Shown here piece by piece: positions 47,273 to 55,110 of a DNA stretch of 64,000 nt (positions are counted from its first letter, which is position 1; each line of letters starts with the position of its first letter). The stretch is from an uncultured Bacteroidales bacterium (lineage in GTDB: Bacteria; Bacteroidota; Bacteroidia; Bacteroidales; Paludibacteraceae), in the NCBI GenBank assembly GCA_900321605.1, contig ONWR01000005.1, positions 39,409 through 103,408 on the forward strand, in the 5' to 3' direction. The notes beneath the pieces were generated by a model. The model saw only the letters and a program-made list of their open reading frames with translations. It did not search any database and was not told where the DNA came from. The position numbers were made by a program, and so were the translations under genes.

Positions 47273-48406
47273 ATGTCTAACCGTCAAATTGGAACAACAG
47301 TACTGGTAATAGCCATGATCATCGTGGCTATTTCCGTATTGTTTACCAATAACTTAGCTCGGACGCTGCAAGATGAGGAGAAGAAGAATATGTCCATCTG
47401 GGCAGATGCCACACGGCAACTCATCCTCGCGGACAATGATGCGGATATCGATTTTGTCTCTTCGATCATCGAGAAGAACACCACTATCCCTGTCTATATC
47501 TGCGACGAGAACGGCAAAGTCCTTGCAAGCCGTAATGTGGAAGGATCTTCAGCTCCTCAAATCCTCAAATCTTCTAATCAAGCCCACCACGGTCCGATCG
47601 AACTGAAGATTGATGAATCGACGACCCAGTATATCTATTGGGATGACAGTAGTCTGCTGACCAAACTGCGTTACGTGCCGTACGCACAGTTTGCGTTGAT
47701 CCTCATCTTCATCACCATCTCGGTCTTTGTGATGACTACCGCGCAACGCAGCGAACAAAACCGCCTATGGGTCGGTCTCTCCAAAGAAACGGCGCATCAA
47801 CTCGGCACACCTATCTCGTCGCTCAACGCTTGGCAACAACTGCTCGCTGACAAATATCCGAACGATGAGTACGTACCGCAGATGAAGCGAGACATCGACC
47901 GTTTGCAGATGATTGCCGATCGTTTTCAGAAGATAGGTAGTGAACCCGCACTCCAAGCCGAGAATATCATTCCTGTGCTGCAAAACGCTGTTGCGTACAT
48001 GCGTGCGCGTATCTCTAATAGGGTCACGATAGACGACAGCTGTCTATCCAACGTAGAGCGTGTGGTGATGTTGAATGCGCCACTTCTGCAATGGGTCGTG
48101 GAAAACCTGCTGAAGAACGCTGTGGATGCGATCTCCGGAAATGGATCTATCGTCTTCCAACTCCATGAGAATGAGCACGATGTGATGATCGACATTACGG
48201 ATACAGGAAAGGGTATTGATGCAAAAACCCAGCGTCGAATCTTCGAGCCGGGTTTCACTTCCAAAGAGAGAGGCTGGGGGTTAGGACTTCCACTTGCCAA
48301 ACGTATCGTCGAGCAATACCATGGAGGCAAACTCCTCCTTAAGAGTAGCCAAACGGGCGTCGGAACGACCTTCCGGATCGTTCTTAAAAAGCCCGAAAAC
48401 GGTTGA
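47273..48406 (+). CDS. Sensor histidine kinase (orphan; no adjacent response regulator)
   Basis: Two TM segments, H-box ETAHQLGTPISSL, N-box LLKNAVDA, and G-boxes DTGKGI and GWGLGL. Confidence 0.8.
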   Translation: MSNRQIGTTVLVIAMIIVAISVLFTNNLARTLQDEEKKNMSIWADATRQLILADNDADIDFVSSIIEKNTTIPVYICDENGKVLASRNVEGSSAPQILKSSNQAHHGPIELKIDESTTQYIYWDDSSLLTKLRYVPYAQFALILIFITISVFVMTTAQRSEQNRLWVGLSKETAHQLGTPISSLNAWQQLLADKYPNDEYVPQMKRDIDRLQMIADRFQKIGSEPALQAENIIPVLQNAVAYMRARISNRVTIDDSCLSNVERVVMLNAPLLQWVVENLLKNAVDAISGNGSIVFQLHENEHDVMIDITDTGKGIDAKTQRRIFEPGFTSKERGWGLGLPLAKRIVEQYHGGKLLLKSSQTGVGTTFRIVLKKPENG

Positions 48407-49192
48407 GCCACTACCGCTCATACTGGCATAAAAAGCGCCTGCGTCCAGCAGACGCTTTTTGATTGCCGCTATCTGAGGATGCAACGGGAAGACTGTCGCC
48501 TCAAAATCATTCACAAAAATAGTATCATCAATTTCTGTGCATTTCTGTCGCATCATTGCGACAGCCTTCTGTATCTCTCCGGCTACCTCCGGATGTCTGG
48601 TGATACCCGAATACGCCTCTTTCGTGCTTACGCCTTCTTCCTGTTTGATCATAATGATCCGTATTCCCTCCAGATCCAACTCAACAGGCGTCAGCAGATC
48701 TCCGATGCCCTCGGCATAGCACGGGGTATTATACACAAAGAACGGACAATCGGCTCCCAAAGGCTTCACCTCTGCCGCTAATTGCTCTTTCGTCAGCCTT
48801 AAACTGAACAGCTCATTAAGAGCAACTGCCATATGCGCTGCATCGCTGCTGCCGCCTCCTAAACCTGCTCCGAAAGGGATATTCTTCTTAAACCGCACAG
48901 CTACATCTCCGATCTGCGGGTACTTAGCTCTCATTTGCCGGTAACATTTCACAATCAGATTATCCTCTGCCGGACAATCGACCGCAATGCCTTCCTGAGA
49001 AAACATCAATCCATCATTATTAGTCTGTATTCTGTCAGCAAAGCGATCTGTATTCTGTATTCTCTCCACTTCCAGCTCATCGTGCAGCCCGTAAATAGGC
49101 ACAAAAACGGTCTCTAAATCATGGTAACCGTCCGGGCGTTTACGAATGACCCGAAGACCTAAATTTATCTTGCAATTAGGATAGAGTATCAT
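48281..49192 (-). CDS. ispE: 4-(cytidine 5'-diphospho)-2-C-methyl-D-erythritol kinase
   Basis: PNCKINLGL and the GHMP motifs PFGAGLGGGSSDAA and MSGSGSTVFG are present. The start is moved to ATG 49192. Confidence 0.85.
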   Translation of the reverse strand: MILYPNCKINLGLRVIRKRPDGYHDLETVFVPIYGLHDELEVERIQNTDRFADRIQTNNDGLMFSQEGIAVDCPAEDNLIVKCYRQMRAKYPQIGDVAVRFKKNIPFGAGLGGGSSDAAHMAVALNELFSLRLTKEQLAAEVKPLGADCPFFVYNTPCYAEGIGDLLTPVELDLEGIRIIMIKQEEGVSTKEAYSGITRHPEVAGEIQKAVAMMRQKCTEIDDTIFVNDFEATVFPLHPQIAAIKKRLLDAGAFYASMSGSGSTVFGLFKNDPEGRSDARLATLKEEFASMVLLDDTFGKWKS

Positions 49193-49285
49193 GTCTAATG
49201 ATTTAATTTGCTGCAAAATTACAAAAATATTTTGATATGTGCAAATTTTTTAGTATCTTTGCCGAAAATTTTAAAGGCAAATACC

Positions 49286-49714
49286 ATGATTGACAATTTC
49301 TTACAGACCGATTGGTTAACGGTCATTACCAAGATTGTGTTAGCAACGGCTTTGGGCTATGTGATGGGAATGGAGCGTGAGTTGCACGGCAAAGTGGTCG
49401 GCACGCGCACGATCTCGCTCATCGCTATAGGAAGCGCGTTATATGTGCTCATGTCGCCAACGATAATTGGCGGAGATAACAGCCGTATTATCGCACAAGT
49501 GGTCTCCGGTATCGGTTTCCTTGGAGCCGGTATCATCTTCAAAGACGGCGATACCGTCAAAGGTCTGACGACAGCAGCTACCGTCTGGTGTGCAGCTGCC
49601 ATAGGAGGCCTTTGCGGATTCGGAATGTTTGCCGAAGCCATCATCGGCACTGCTGCCATCATTACGGTCAACTTGCTCTTTAAACATCTTCGTCACGAAG
49701 AACGCCACGAGTAA
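49286..49714 (+). CDS. MgtC/SapB family membrane protein
   Basis: GMERE, and GLTTAATVW...GLCG are present. The start is moved to ATG 49286. A promoter TTTG-N19-TATCTTTG lies at 49231-49261. Confidence 0.8.
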   Translation: MIDNFLQTDWLTVITKIVLATALGYVMGMERELHGKVVGTRTISLIAIGSALYVLMSPTIIGGDNSRIIAQVVSGIGFLGAGIIFKDGDTVKGLTTAATVWCAAAIGGLCGFGMFAEAIIGTAAIITVNLLFKHLRHEERHE

Positions 49715-49740
49715 TATATATATAAGGTGTACGAGCATGA

Positions 49741-49884
49741 TCATTGACGCATTCGGCAGTAAGTTCCGCAATGTGCGTTGGTGTAATACGAAGTTGAAGG
49801 GGTAGAATGATCTCCCGAAGACTCAACGAACAAACGCAGGACAAAATCCTGCGTTTGCTGTTTCAATGTAATCCAATTCATCAT
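49741..49884 (-). CDS. 47-aa ORF with its own canonical promoter (possible gene remnant)
   Basis: The promoter CAAAGGTA-N20-CAA (plus strand, 49953-49983) points at MMNWITLKQQTQDFVLRLF... . No domain was recognised. Confidence 0.25.
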   Translation of the reverse strand: MMNWITLKQQTQDFVLRLFVESSGDHSTPSTSYYTNAHCGTYCRMRQ

Positions 49885-50650
49885 AGTTAAAAATTTATTT
49901 AATGGTTTAATGGCGAAAATCGCTGAATAATGTCTTTGTCTTAAATCGAGTGCAAAGGTACTACATTTTTGTGAATTATGCAAGAGAAAAATTCGTTTTT
50001 TGTGTGCAATAAATGTGAATATATTTTCAAGCAAAAATACAAACAAATGTGACGTTTTCAAATAACAGCAAAAGCATCCGGTTCACGCTTTACACAACCT
50101 CCTCAGCCCATAGAGTAGAGTAGTCGTTATTCCTGCTTCCTATAGGCAACCGAAAAATCAAACATCCGCCATTTTAGAGCATATTAGTAGCGTCGTATGC
50201 GTGTATTTTTAAAGTATAATAGGCTGATTTTCAATACTTATGCACATTACTTAAAGTATTACTACAAGGATATTGGGTACTTAGGCAAATATGCCTGAAA
50301 TGACTACGTATTTGCACCTTAAGAACTATATAAAGTGCATAATATGTGGTATTTATAGAATTTATCTGCACTATTATTACTATATGTATTTCAAGTATAT
50401 ATACAGATCATTGGCGAGAGTAGTGTATCGGGGCTCTAAACCTGTCGTAAATTGTTCCACGGAAAGGGTGGTTGCATTTGTGAACGTGGACATAAATCCT
50501 ATATGTTCACAAATAACATAAAATAAATCACAAAAATATGTGTATATATTTGTGTATTTCGATATTTTTTTGTAACTTTGCACCCGATTTGAGAAAGGTG
50601 CGTTTTTAGGCTACTTTTCTGATAATCGAATATTTTTAAATAAGTTGGCT

Positions 50651-51049
50651 ATGAGTGAAAAAGAACGCATTGAGAGTGTTATTAAATCCTTGGGATTGAC
50701 AGCAAGGCAGTTTGCTGCGGAAATTCGTGTGCAGCCCGGAACGATCAGTAATATGATGGCAGGACGTAATAATCCGAGCCTCGATGTGATGAAACGTATC
50801 ATGGAGCGCTATCCGACGCTCAATCCGGAATGGTTGATCGCCGGACGAGGTGTGATGTGGCGTACTGTTCCGGGTGAACAAGCCGGTTTGTTTGATCAGT
50901 TGCCGCCGGATCCGAAAGACAAGAACACACCACGGGCTGCCAAACAAGAAGAGCCGCAGACTCCTGCAGCTCCTCCTAAACAGATCAGTCGTATTGTGGT
51001 CTATTATACCGATAATACCTTTGAAGAGTTTTATACTAATCGTCAATAA
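50651..51049 (+). CDS. XRE/CI-type helix-turn-helix protein with a Pro-rich C-terminal half
   Basis: [31 protein letters not shown] and NPEWLIAG are present. A promoter TTTG-N20-TAACTTTG lies at 50549-50580. Confidence 0.7.
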   Translation: MSEKERIESVIKSLGLTARQFAAEIRVQPGTISNMMAGRNNPSLDVMKRIMERYPTLNPEWLIAGRGVMWRTVPGEQAGLFDQLPPDPKDKNTPRAAKQEEPQTPAAPPKQISRIVVYYTDNTFEEFYTNRQ

Positions 51050-51093
51050 TCAACAATTGTATTTTGTACATTGTACATTGTCCCTTTGTACAT

Positions 51094-51121
51094 AAAAAGC
51101 ACTCTTACTGGAGTGCTTTTT
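51094..51121. terminator. Bidirectional terminator hairpin that overlaps the lon stop codon
   Basis: AAAAAGCACTC-TTACTG-GAGTGCTTTTT. Confidence 0.75.
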
Positions 51122-53564
51122 CGATTACCTCGCTGATGTCATGCACGAAGTGCAGATTCAGTCCTTTCAGGTATATTTCATTGATCTCTGCCACATCTTT
51201 TCGGTTGTCCTCGCAGAGGATGTTATCCGTTATTCCGGCACGTTTGGCAGCAAGCAGTTTCTCTTTGACACCGCCGATCGGCAGCACTTTGCCACGAAGC
51301 GTCATTTCACCGGTCATAGCTATCCGCGGTTTGACGAGACGTTTGGTAAACGCACTCACGAGAGCTGTTGTCATCGTGATTCCGGCAGAAGGACCATCTT
51401 TCGGGATCGCTCCTTCCGGCACATGGATATGAACGGCTGTTTTCTCAAACACTTCCGGCTTGATACCCAACTCTTTAGCGTGCGCTTTGACGTAGCCGAG
51501 CGCTAAGGTGGCAGACTCCTTCATCACATCGCCGAGGTTTCCGGTCAAAGTGAGCGACGGCGCTTTGCTCTGACTCAGACTCGTCTCGATGAACAAGATC
51601 TCGCCGCCGACTTGCGTCCAAGCCAGACCGGTAACGACACCCACATATTTATTGGTTTCCCAAGAATCGCGGCTGAACCGTTTCTGCCCCAGATAACTGC
51701 GCAGATCGTCCAGTGTCACGGTCACGTTGTATTCCTCGCCAAGCGCCAGTTTGGTATCTACCTTACGGCAGATGGTCGCAATCTGTCTCTCCAAGGAACG
51801 CACACCCGACTCACGCGTGTAATCATCTATTATATGCGCAAGGATCTCTTTCTTGAACTTCAGCTGGCTTGCTTTCAGACCATGGTTCGCCAGCTCTTTC
51901 GGGATCAAATGCCGTTTGGCAATCTCCTCTTTCTCTTCTTGCAGGTAACCGGTCATCTCGATCAGCTCCATTCGGTCGAGTAGAGGACGCGGAACGGTCT
52001 CCAGACTGTTGGCAGTAGCGATGAACAGCACTTTGCTCAGGTCATAATCGACGTCAAGGTAGTTGTCATGGAACGTGCTGTTCTGCTCCGGATCGAGCAC
52101 TTCGAGCAAAGCGGCTGTCGGGTCTCCTTTGTAATCCGCTCCGATCTTATCCACCTCATCGAGCACGAAAACAGGGTTCGACGTGCCGCATTTTTTGATG
52201 TTATCGATGATTCGTCCGGGCAGCGCACCTATATATGTTCTGCGGTGTCCGCGGATCTCCGCCTCGTCATGCAAACCGCCCAACGAGATACGCGCGTATT
52301 TCCTTCCAAGGGCTTCCGCTACACTCTTTCCGAGACTCGTCTTGCCAACACCCGGAGGGCCAAACAGACAGAGAATAGGGGACTTCACAGGATGCGAATC
52401 TTTCTCTTTTTTGCTGCGAAGCGCCAATTGGCGTTGTACAGCCAAGTATTCGACAATCCGCTCCTTCACTTTCTCCAAACCATAGTGGTCTCGGTCGAGC
52501 ACCTCTTTGGCGTGCTGCATGTCATAATTATCCTCGGAATAAATGCCCCAAGGCAACTCCAAAAACGTGTTCAGATAATCCAGTTGGGTAGAGTAGTCCG
52601 GCGAGAAAACATGCATATATTCAAGGCGTTTGAGTTCTTTCTCAAACCGCTCAGCTATGCTTTCCGACCACTGTTTGGACTTGGCACGTTCACGCAACTC
52701 TTGGATCGTTTTCTCGTTGTCATCGTTCGTACCAAGGTCCTTTTTGATGGTCTCCATCTCTTGCTGGAGGAAATACTCACGTTGCCGCTGGTCGATCTTC
52801 TCAGCCGTACGACGACGAATATCCGCTTTGATGGTCAGCTCCTCCAAGTCTTTCTGCAAAATGGTCAGCAGAGCTTCGGCTCTCTCCATCATCGAGTGAA
52901 TCTCCAAAAGACCTTGTTTTTGCTCGGTCGGCATGTGGTAGATAGAGCAGACATAATTGATCATCATCGAGTTGTCTTTGATGTTCTGAATAGATGTCTG
53001 CAAACCCGCAGGAGCATTGTCCCGCTCACTTAAAATCTTCACGATTGTCTCGCGAATATTATCTCCGGTAGCCTTAAACTCAGCCTTCTCGCCTCTAAGC
53101 GGCATACGTTCATCCATCTCGATGGCATGAGCCTTGAGTTGACCTTCTACTTCGTGAAAATCAATGGCTTGCACACGATGAAAAGTCTCAAAAATAGCCA
53201 TCATCGTGTCTTTACCCATTTCCGGAACAGGGATGATCTGCAGCACTCGAGCCATCACACCAAGCGAGTACAGGTCGTTTACTTTGGGGTCTGCCACTTT
53301 GCCATCTTTCTGTGTCAGCAAGATCAAACGCCGGTTGTCCTTGTTGGCTGCTTTGATCAGTTTCAAGCTGTTTTTCTTGGAAACCGCAATAGGCAACAGC
53401 ACACCGGGAAACAACACGGTGTTCTTAATCGGCAGCACGTCATAGATGGTGTCGTCGCTCACTTTTGTTTCTTTTGCATGCTCGCTCTGCGCCTCATCGA
53501 TCTTGGCTTCCTCGATCTGGGCTTGCACGATTTGCACGTCTTCAATATATTTATTATCTTCCAT
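51105..53564 (-). CDS. lon: Endopeptidase La (Lon protease)
   Basis: Walker [10 protein letters not shown] and the protease Ser context [10 protein letters not shown] are present; 819 aa. Confidence 0.95.
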   Translation of the reverse strand: MEDNKYIEDVQIVQAQIEEAKIDEAQSEHAKETKVSDDTIYDVLPIKNTVLFPGVLLPIAVSKKNSLKLIKAANKDNRRLILLTQKDGKVADPKVNDLYSLGVMARVLQIIPVPEMGKDTMMAIFETFHRVQAIDFHEVEGQLKAHAIEMDERMPLRGEKAEFKATGDNIRETIVKILSERDNAPAGLQTSIQNIKDNSMMINYVCSIYHMPTEQKQGLLEIHSMMERAEALLTILQKDLEELTIKADIRRRTAEKIDQRQREYFLQQEMETIKKDLGTNDDNEKTIQELRERAKSKQWSESIAERFEKELKRLEYMHVFSPDYSTQLDYLNTFLELPWGIYSEDNYDMQHAKEVLDRDHYGLEKVKERIVEYLAVQRQLALRSKKEKDSHPVKSPILCLFGPPGVGKTSLGKSVAEALGRKYARISLGGLHDEAEIRGHRRTYIGALPGRIIDNIKKCGTSNPVFVLDEVDKIGADYKGDPTAALLEVLDPEQNSTFHDNYLDVDYDLSKVLFIATANSLETVPRPLLDRMELIEMTGYLQEEKEEIAKRHLIPKELANHGLKASQLKFKKEILAHIIDDYTRESGVRSLERQIATICRKVDTKLALGEEYNVTVTLDDLRSYLGQKRFSRDSWETNKYVGVVTGLAWTQVGGEILFIETSLSQSKAPSLTLTGNLGDVMKESATLALGYVKAHAKELGIKPEVFEKTAVHIHVPEGAIPKDGPSAGITMTTALVSAFTKRLVKPRIAMTGEMTLRGKVLPIGGVKEKLLAAKRAGITDNILCEDNRKDVAEINEIYLKGLNLHFVHDISEVIEKALQ

Positions 53565-53849
53565 AAGCTTATAATAGGGTCTTTCTCCAAATATGCTATT
53601 TTACATAATCACGATTAGGTTTGTTTCGTATATATTTCAATTCATGATCATTTGTACAACAATTATGCCATCATTCAATTCTGCCATTACGTCTGCCATT
53701 ATGGCAGAGTGCTTTTACTCGTACGAGTTTGCACATTAGTAGTAAAAGCTGTCTGGAAGCTTGCTTACAAGCAGATTTTAGTATTAATGTGCAAAAGAAG
53801 CAACGCTTCTAAAGCACTCAAAGGGTTTTATTGGTTTTTGTCTAAAATT

Positions 53850-54263
53850 TCACCCTTGTGCCTCTTTCATCTCCTTCAGGATCACCATTCGCACGAACAC
53901 CGGAAACATCCCGTATATCTTTGCCTTTTCTTCTCCTTGCTTCAAAAACGGATCGCCTCCGCCTTTAAACTGTGCATTCCATCTTTCCCGTAACTCAGCA
54001 TATCTCGGATGATTTTTGTCATGAATTATTTTGCTTGCTTCTCGGCAAACATCCTTCCAAATTCTCGCCTGAGCCGATTCTGCCTCAGTACGCGGACTTT
54101 GTTTGTAATCCCTGCTCCTTCTTTTGAAAATCTCCTGCGGTCCCACTTTGATAACTCTTCCGCTATCATCTTTCCATTTCTTAAAACGAGCCTGAAATCC
54201 TGAATAACCGGCAAGTTTGCCTCGCAAACTCTCTATACCCGGACTCAATTCTGCTTGTGCCAT
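53850..54263 (-). CDS. Hypothetical protein (137 aa), no recognisable domain
   Basis: The ORF is preceded by AAGGAGGT-AAT-ATG (SD at 54267-54274) and by a phased AACTAAAG repeat tract. Confidence 0.5.
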   Translation of the reverse strand: MAQAELSPGIESLRGKLAGYSGFQARFKKWKDDSGRVIKVGPQEIFKRRSRDYKQSPRTEAESAQARIWKDVCREASKIIHDKNHPRYAELRERWNAQFKGGGDPFLKQGEEKAKIYGMFPVFVRMVILKEMKEAQG

Positions 54264-54477
54264 ATTACCTCCTTATTTTACATAATTCTTTAGTTCTTCT
54301 TTAGCACTTTTTTCGTTCTTTTTTAGTTCATCTTTAGTTCTTATTTAGTTTATCTTTTGTTCTTTAGCATATTTTTCAGTAACATTTAACCACGTATTTG
54401 CACGTGGTTATTTTTAGTGTTCGTGGATTACTTCTTTACGCCTTCGAAACAGTCCACGATCTTCACTTTGCCGTAGA

Positions 54478-54612
54478 TTATACTTCGGAGAACTGGTCCT
54501 TCCCCACTCCACAGATGGGACAAACCCAGTCTTCTGGGAGTTCGTTAAACGCTTTGCCTTCTACGCTGGGGTCGTATTCGTACCCGCAAACGTCACAGAT
54601 GTACTTTGCCAT
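54478..54612 (-). CDS. Rubredoxin (short, 44 aa)
   Basis: Two CxxC knuckles ([10 protein letters not shown] and WVCPICG). The start is moved to ATG 54612. A promoter lies at 54653-54684. Confidence 0.8.
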   Translation of the reverse strand: MAKYICDVCGYEYDPSVEGKAFNELPEDWVCPICGVGKDQFSEV

Positions 54613-54725
54613 AGATGTTGTATTTAATGTGATTGTTTTTGTATTTTCGGTGCAAAGGTACAAAAAATATTTGACATATGCAAATAAATATAGAAAAATC
54701 GTGGATTTTTCGTTAAACGGTTAAG

Positions 54726-54774
54726 ATGGTCACTACGTGACGTTAATGGGTAAATGGTCACTACGTGACGTTAA
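54726..54774 (+). repeat. Two tandem variant copies of the REP-like hairpin (ATGGTCACTACGTGACGTTAA)
   Basis: The copies are at 54726-54746 and 54754-54774. The stem is GTCAC/GTGAC, and the flanks (ATGGT..., ...CGTTAA) match those at 30704 and 14123. Confidence 0.8.
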
Positions 54775-54841
54775 AGGGTTTGTCGAAAATGAATAAAAAG
54801 GATCAAAAAATAAAATAAATTGCATTTTTTAGCATAAAAAC

Positions 54842-54872
54842 TTGTATATTTCAAATTTTTGTTGTAATTTTG
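54842..54872 (+). promoter_or_regulatory. Orphan Bacteroidota-type promoter (TTG-N20-TAATTTTG) with no ORF of 60 aa or more downstream
   Basis: It has the same architecture and spacing as the ffh and EF-G promoters. It points toward the 3' end of res. Confidence 0.5.
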
Positions 54873-55037
54873 TGCGCTGAAACCGAAAATAATTAACGTT
54901 TACAGCTTACAATGGACATTATTAACACCATATTATCCAGTTTCTTTTAAAATTTGCACTATTGAAAGTTGGATTACTTTATTGATTTTTTTCTCTACAA
55001 TACGTAATAAATCATTTGCCCGTGGTGGGTAAATAAG

Positions 55038-55070
55038 AATTAGGGTGAGGCTCACTGCCCCACCCTAATT
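55038..55070. terminator. 10-bp-stem hairpin between the orphan transcript and the res 3' end
   Basis: AATTAGGGTG-N13-CACCCTAATT. There is no clean U-run on either strand. Confidence 0.45.
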
Positions 55071-55110
55071 AGATACAAATCGGGAAAATCATCTTTTCTA
55101 TACAGCAGAT

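Noticed and set aside
50291-50521. 76-aa ORF in the AT-rich gap (MPEMTTYLHLKNYIKCIICGIYRIYLHYYYYMYFKY...).
   Set aside because: It is low-complexity Tyr/Ile-rich translation of AT-rich DNA with no promoter in front, so it is most likely non-coding.
54388-54409. Perfect palindrome AACCACGT-ATTTGC-ACGTGGTT as an inverton or recombination site.
   Set aside because: It is a single copy with no partner inverted repeat flanking a promoter. It is best explained as a terminator or attenuator between the rubredoxin gene and the orphan ORF.
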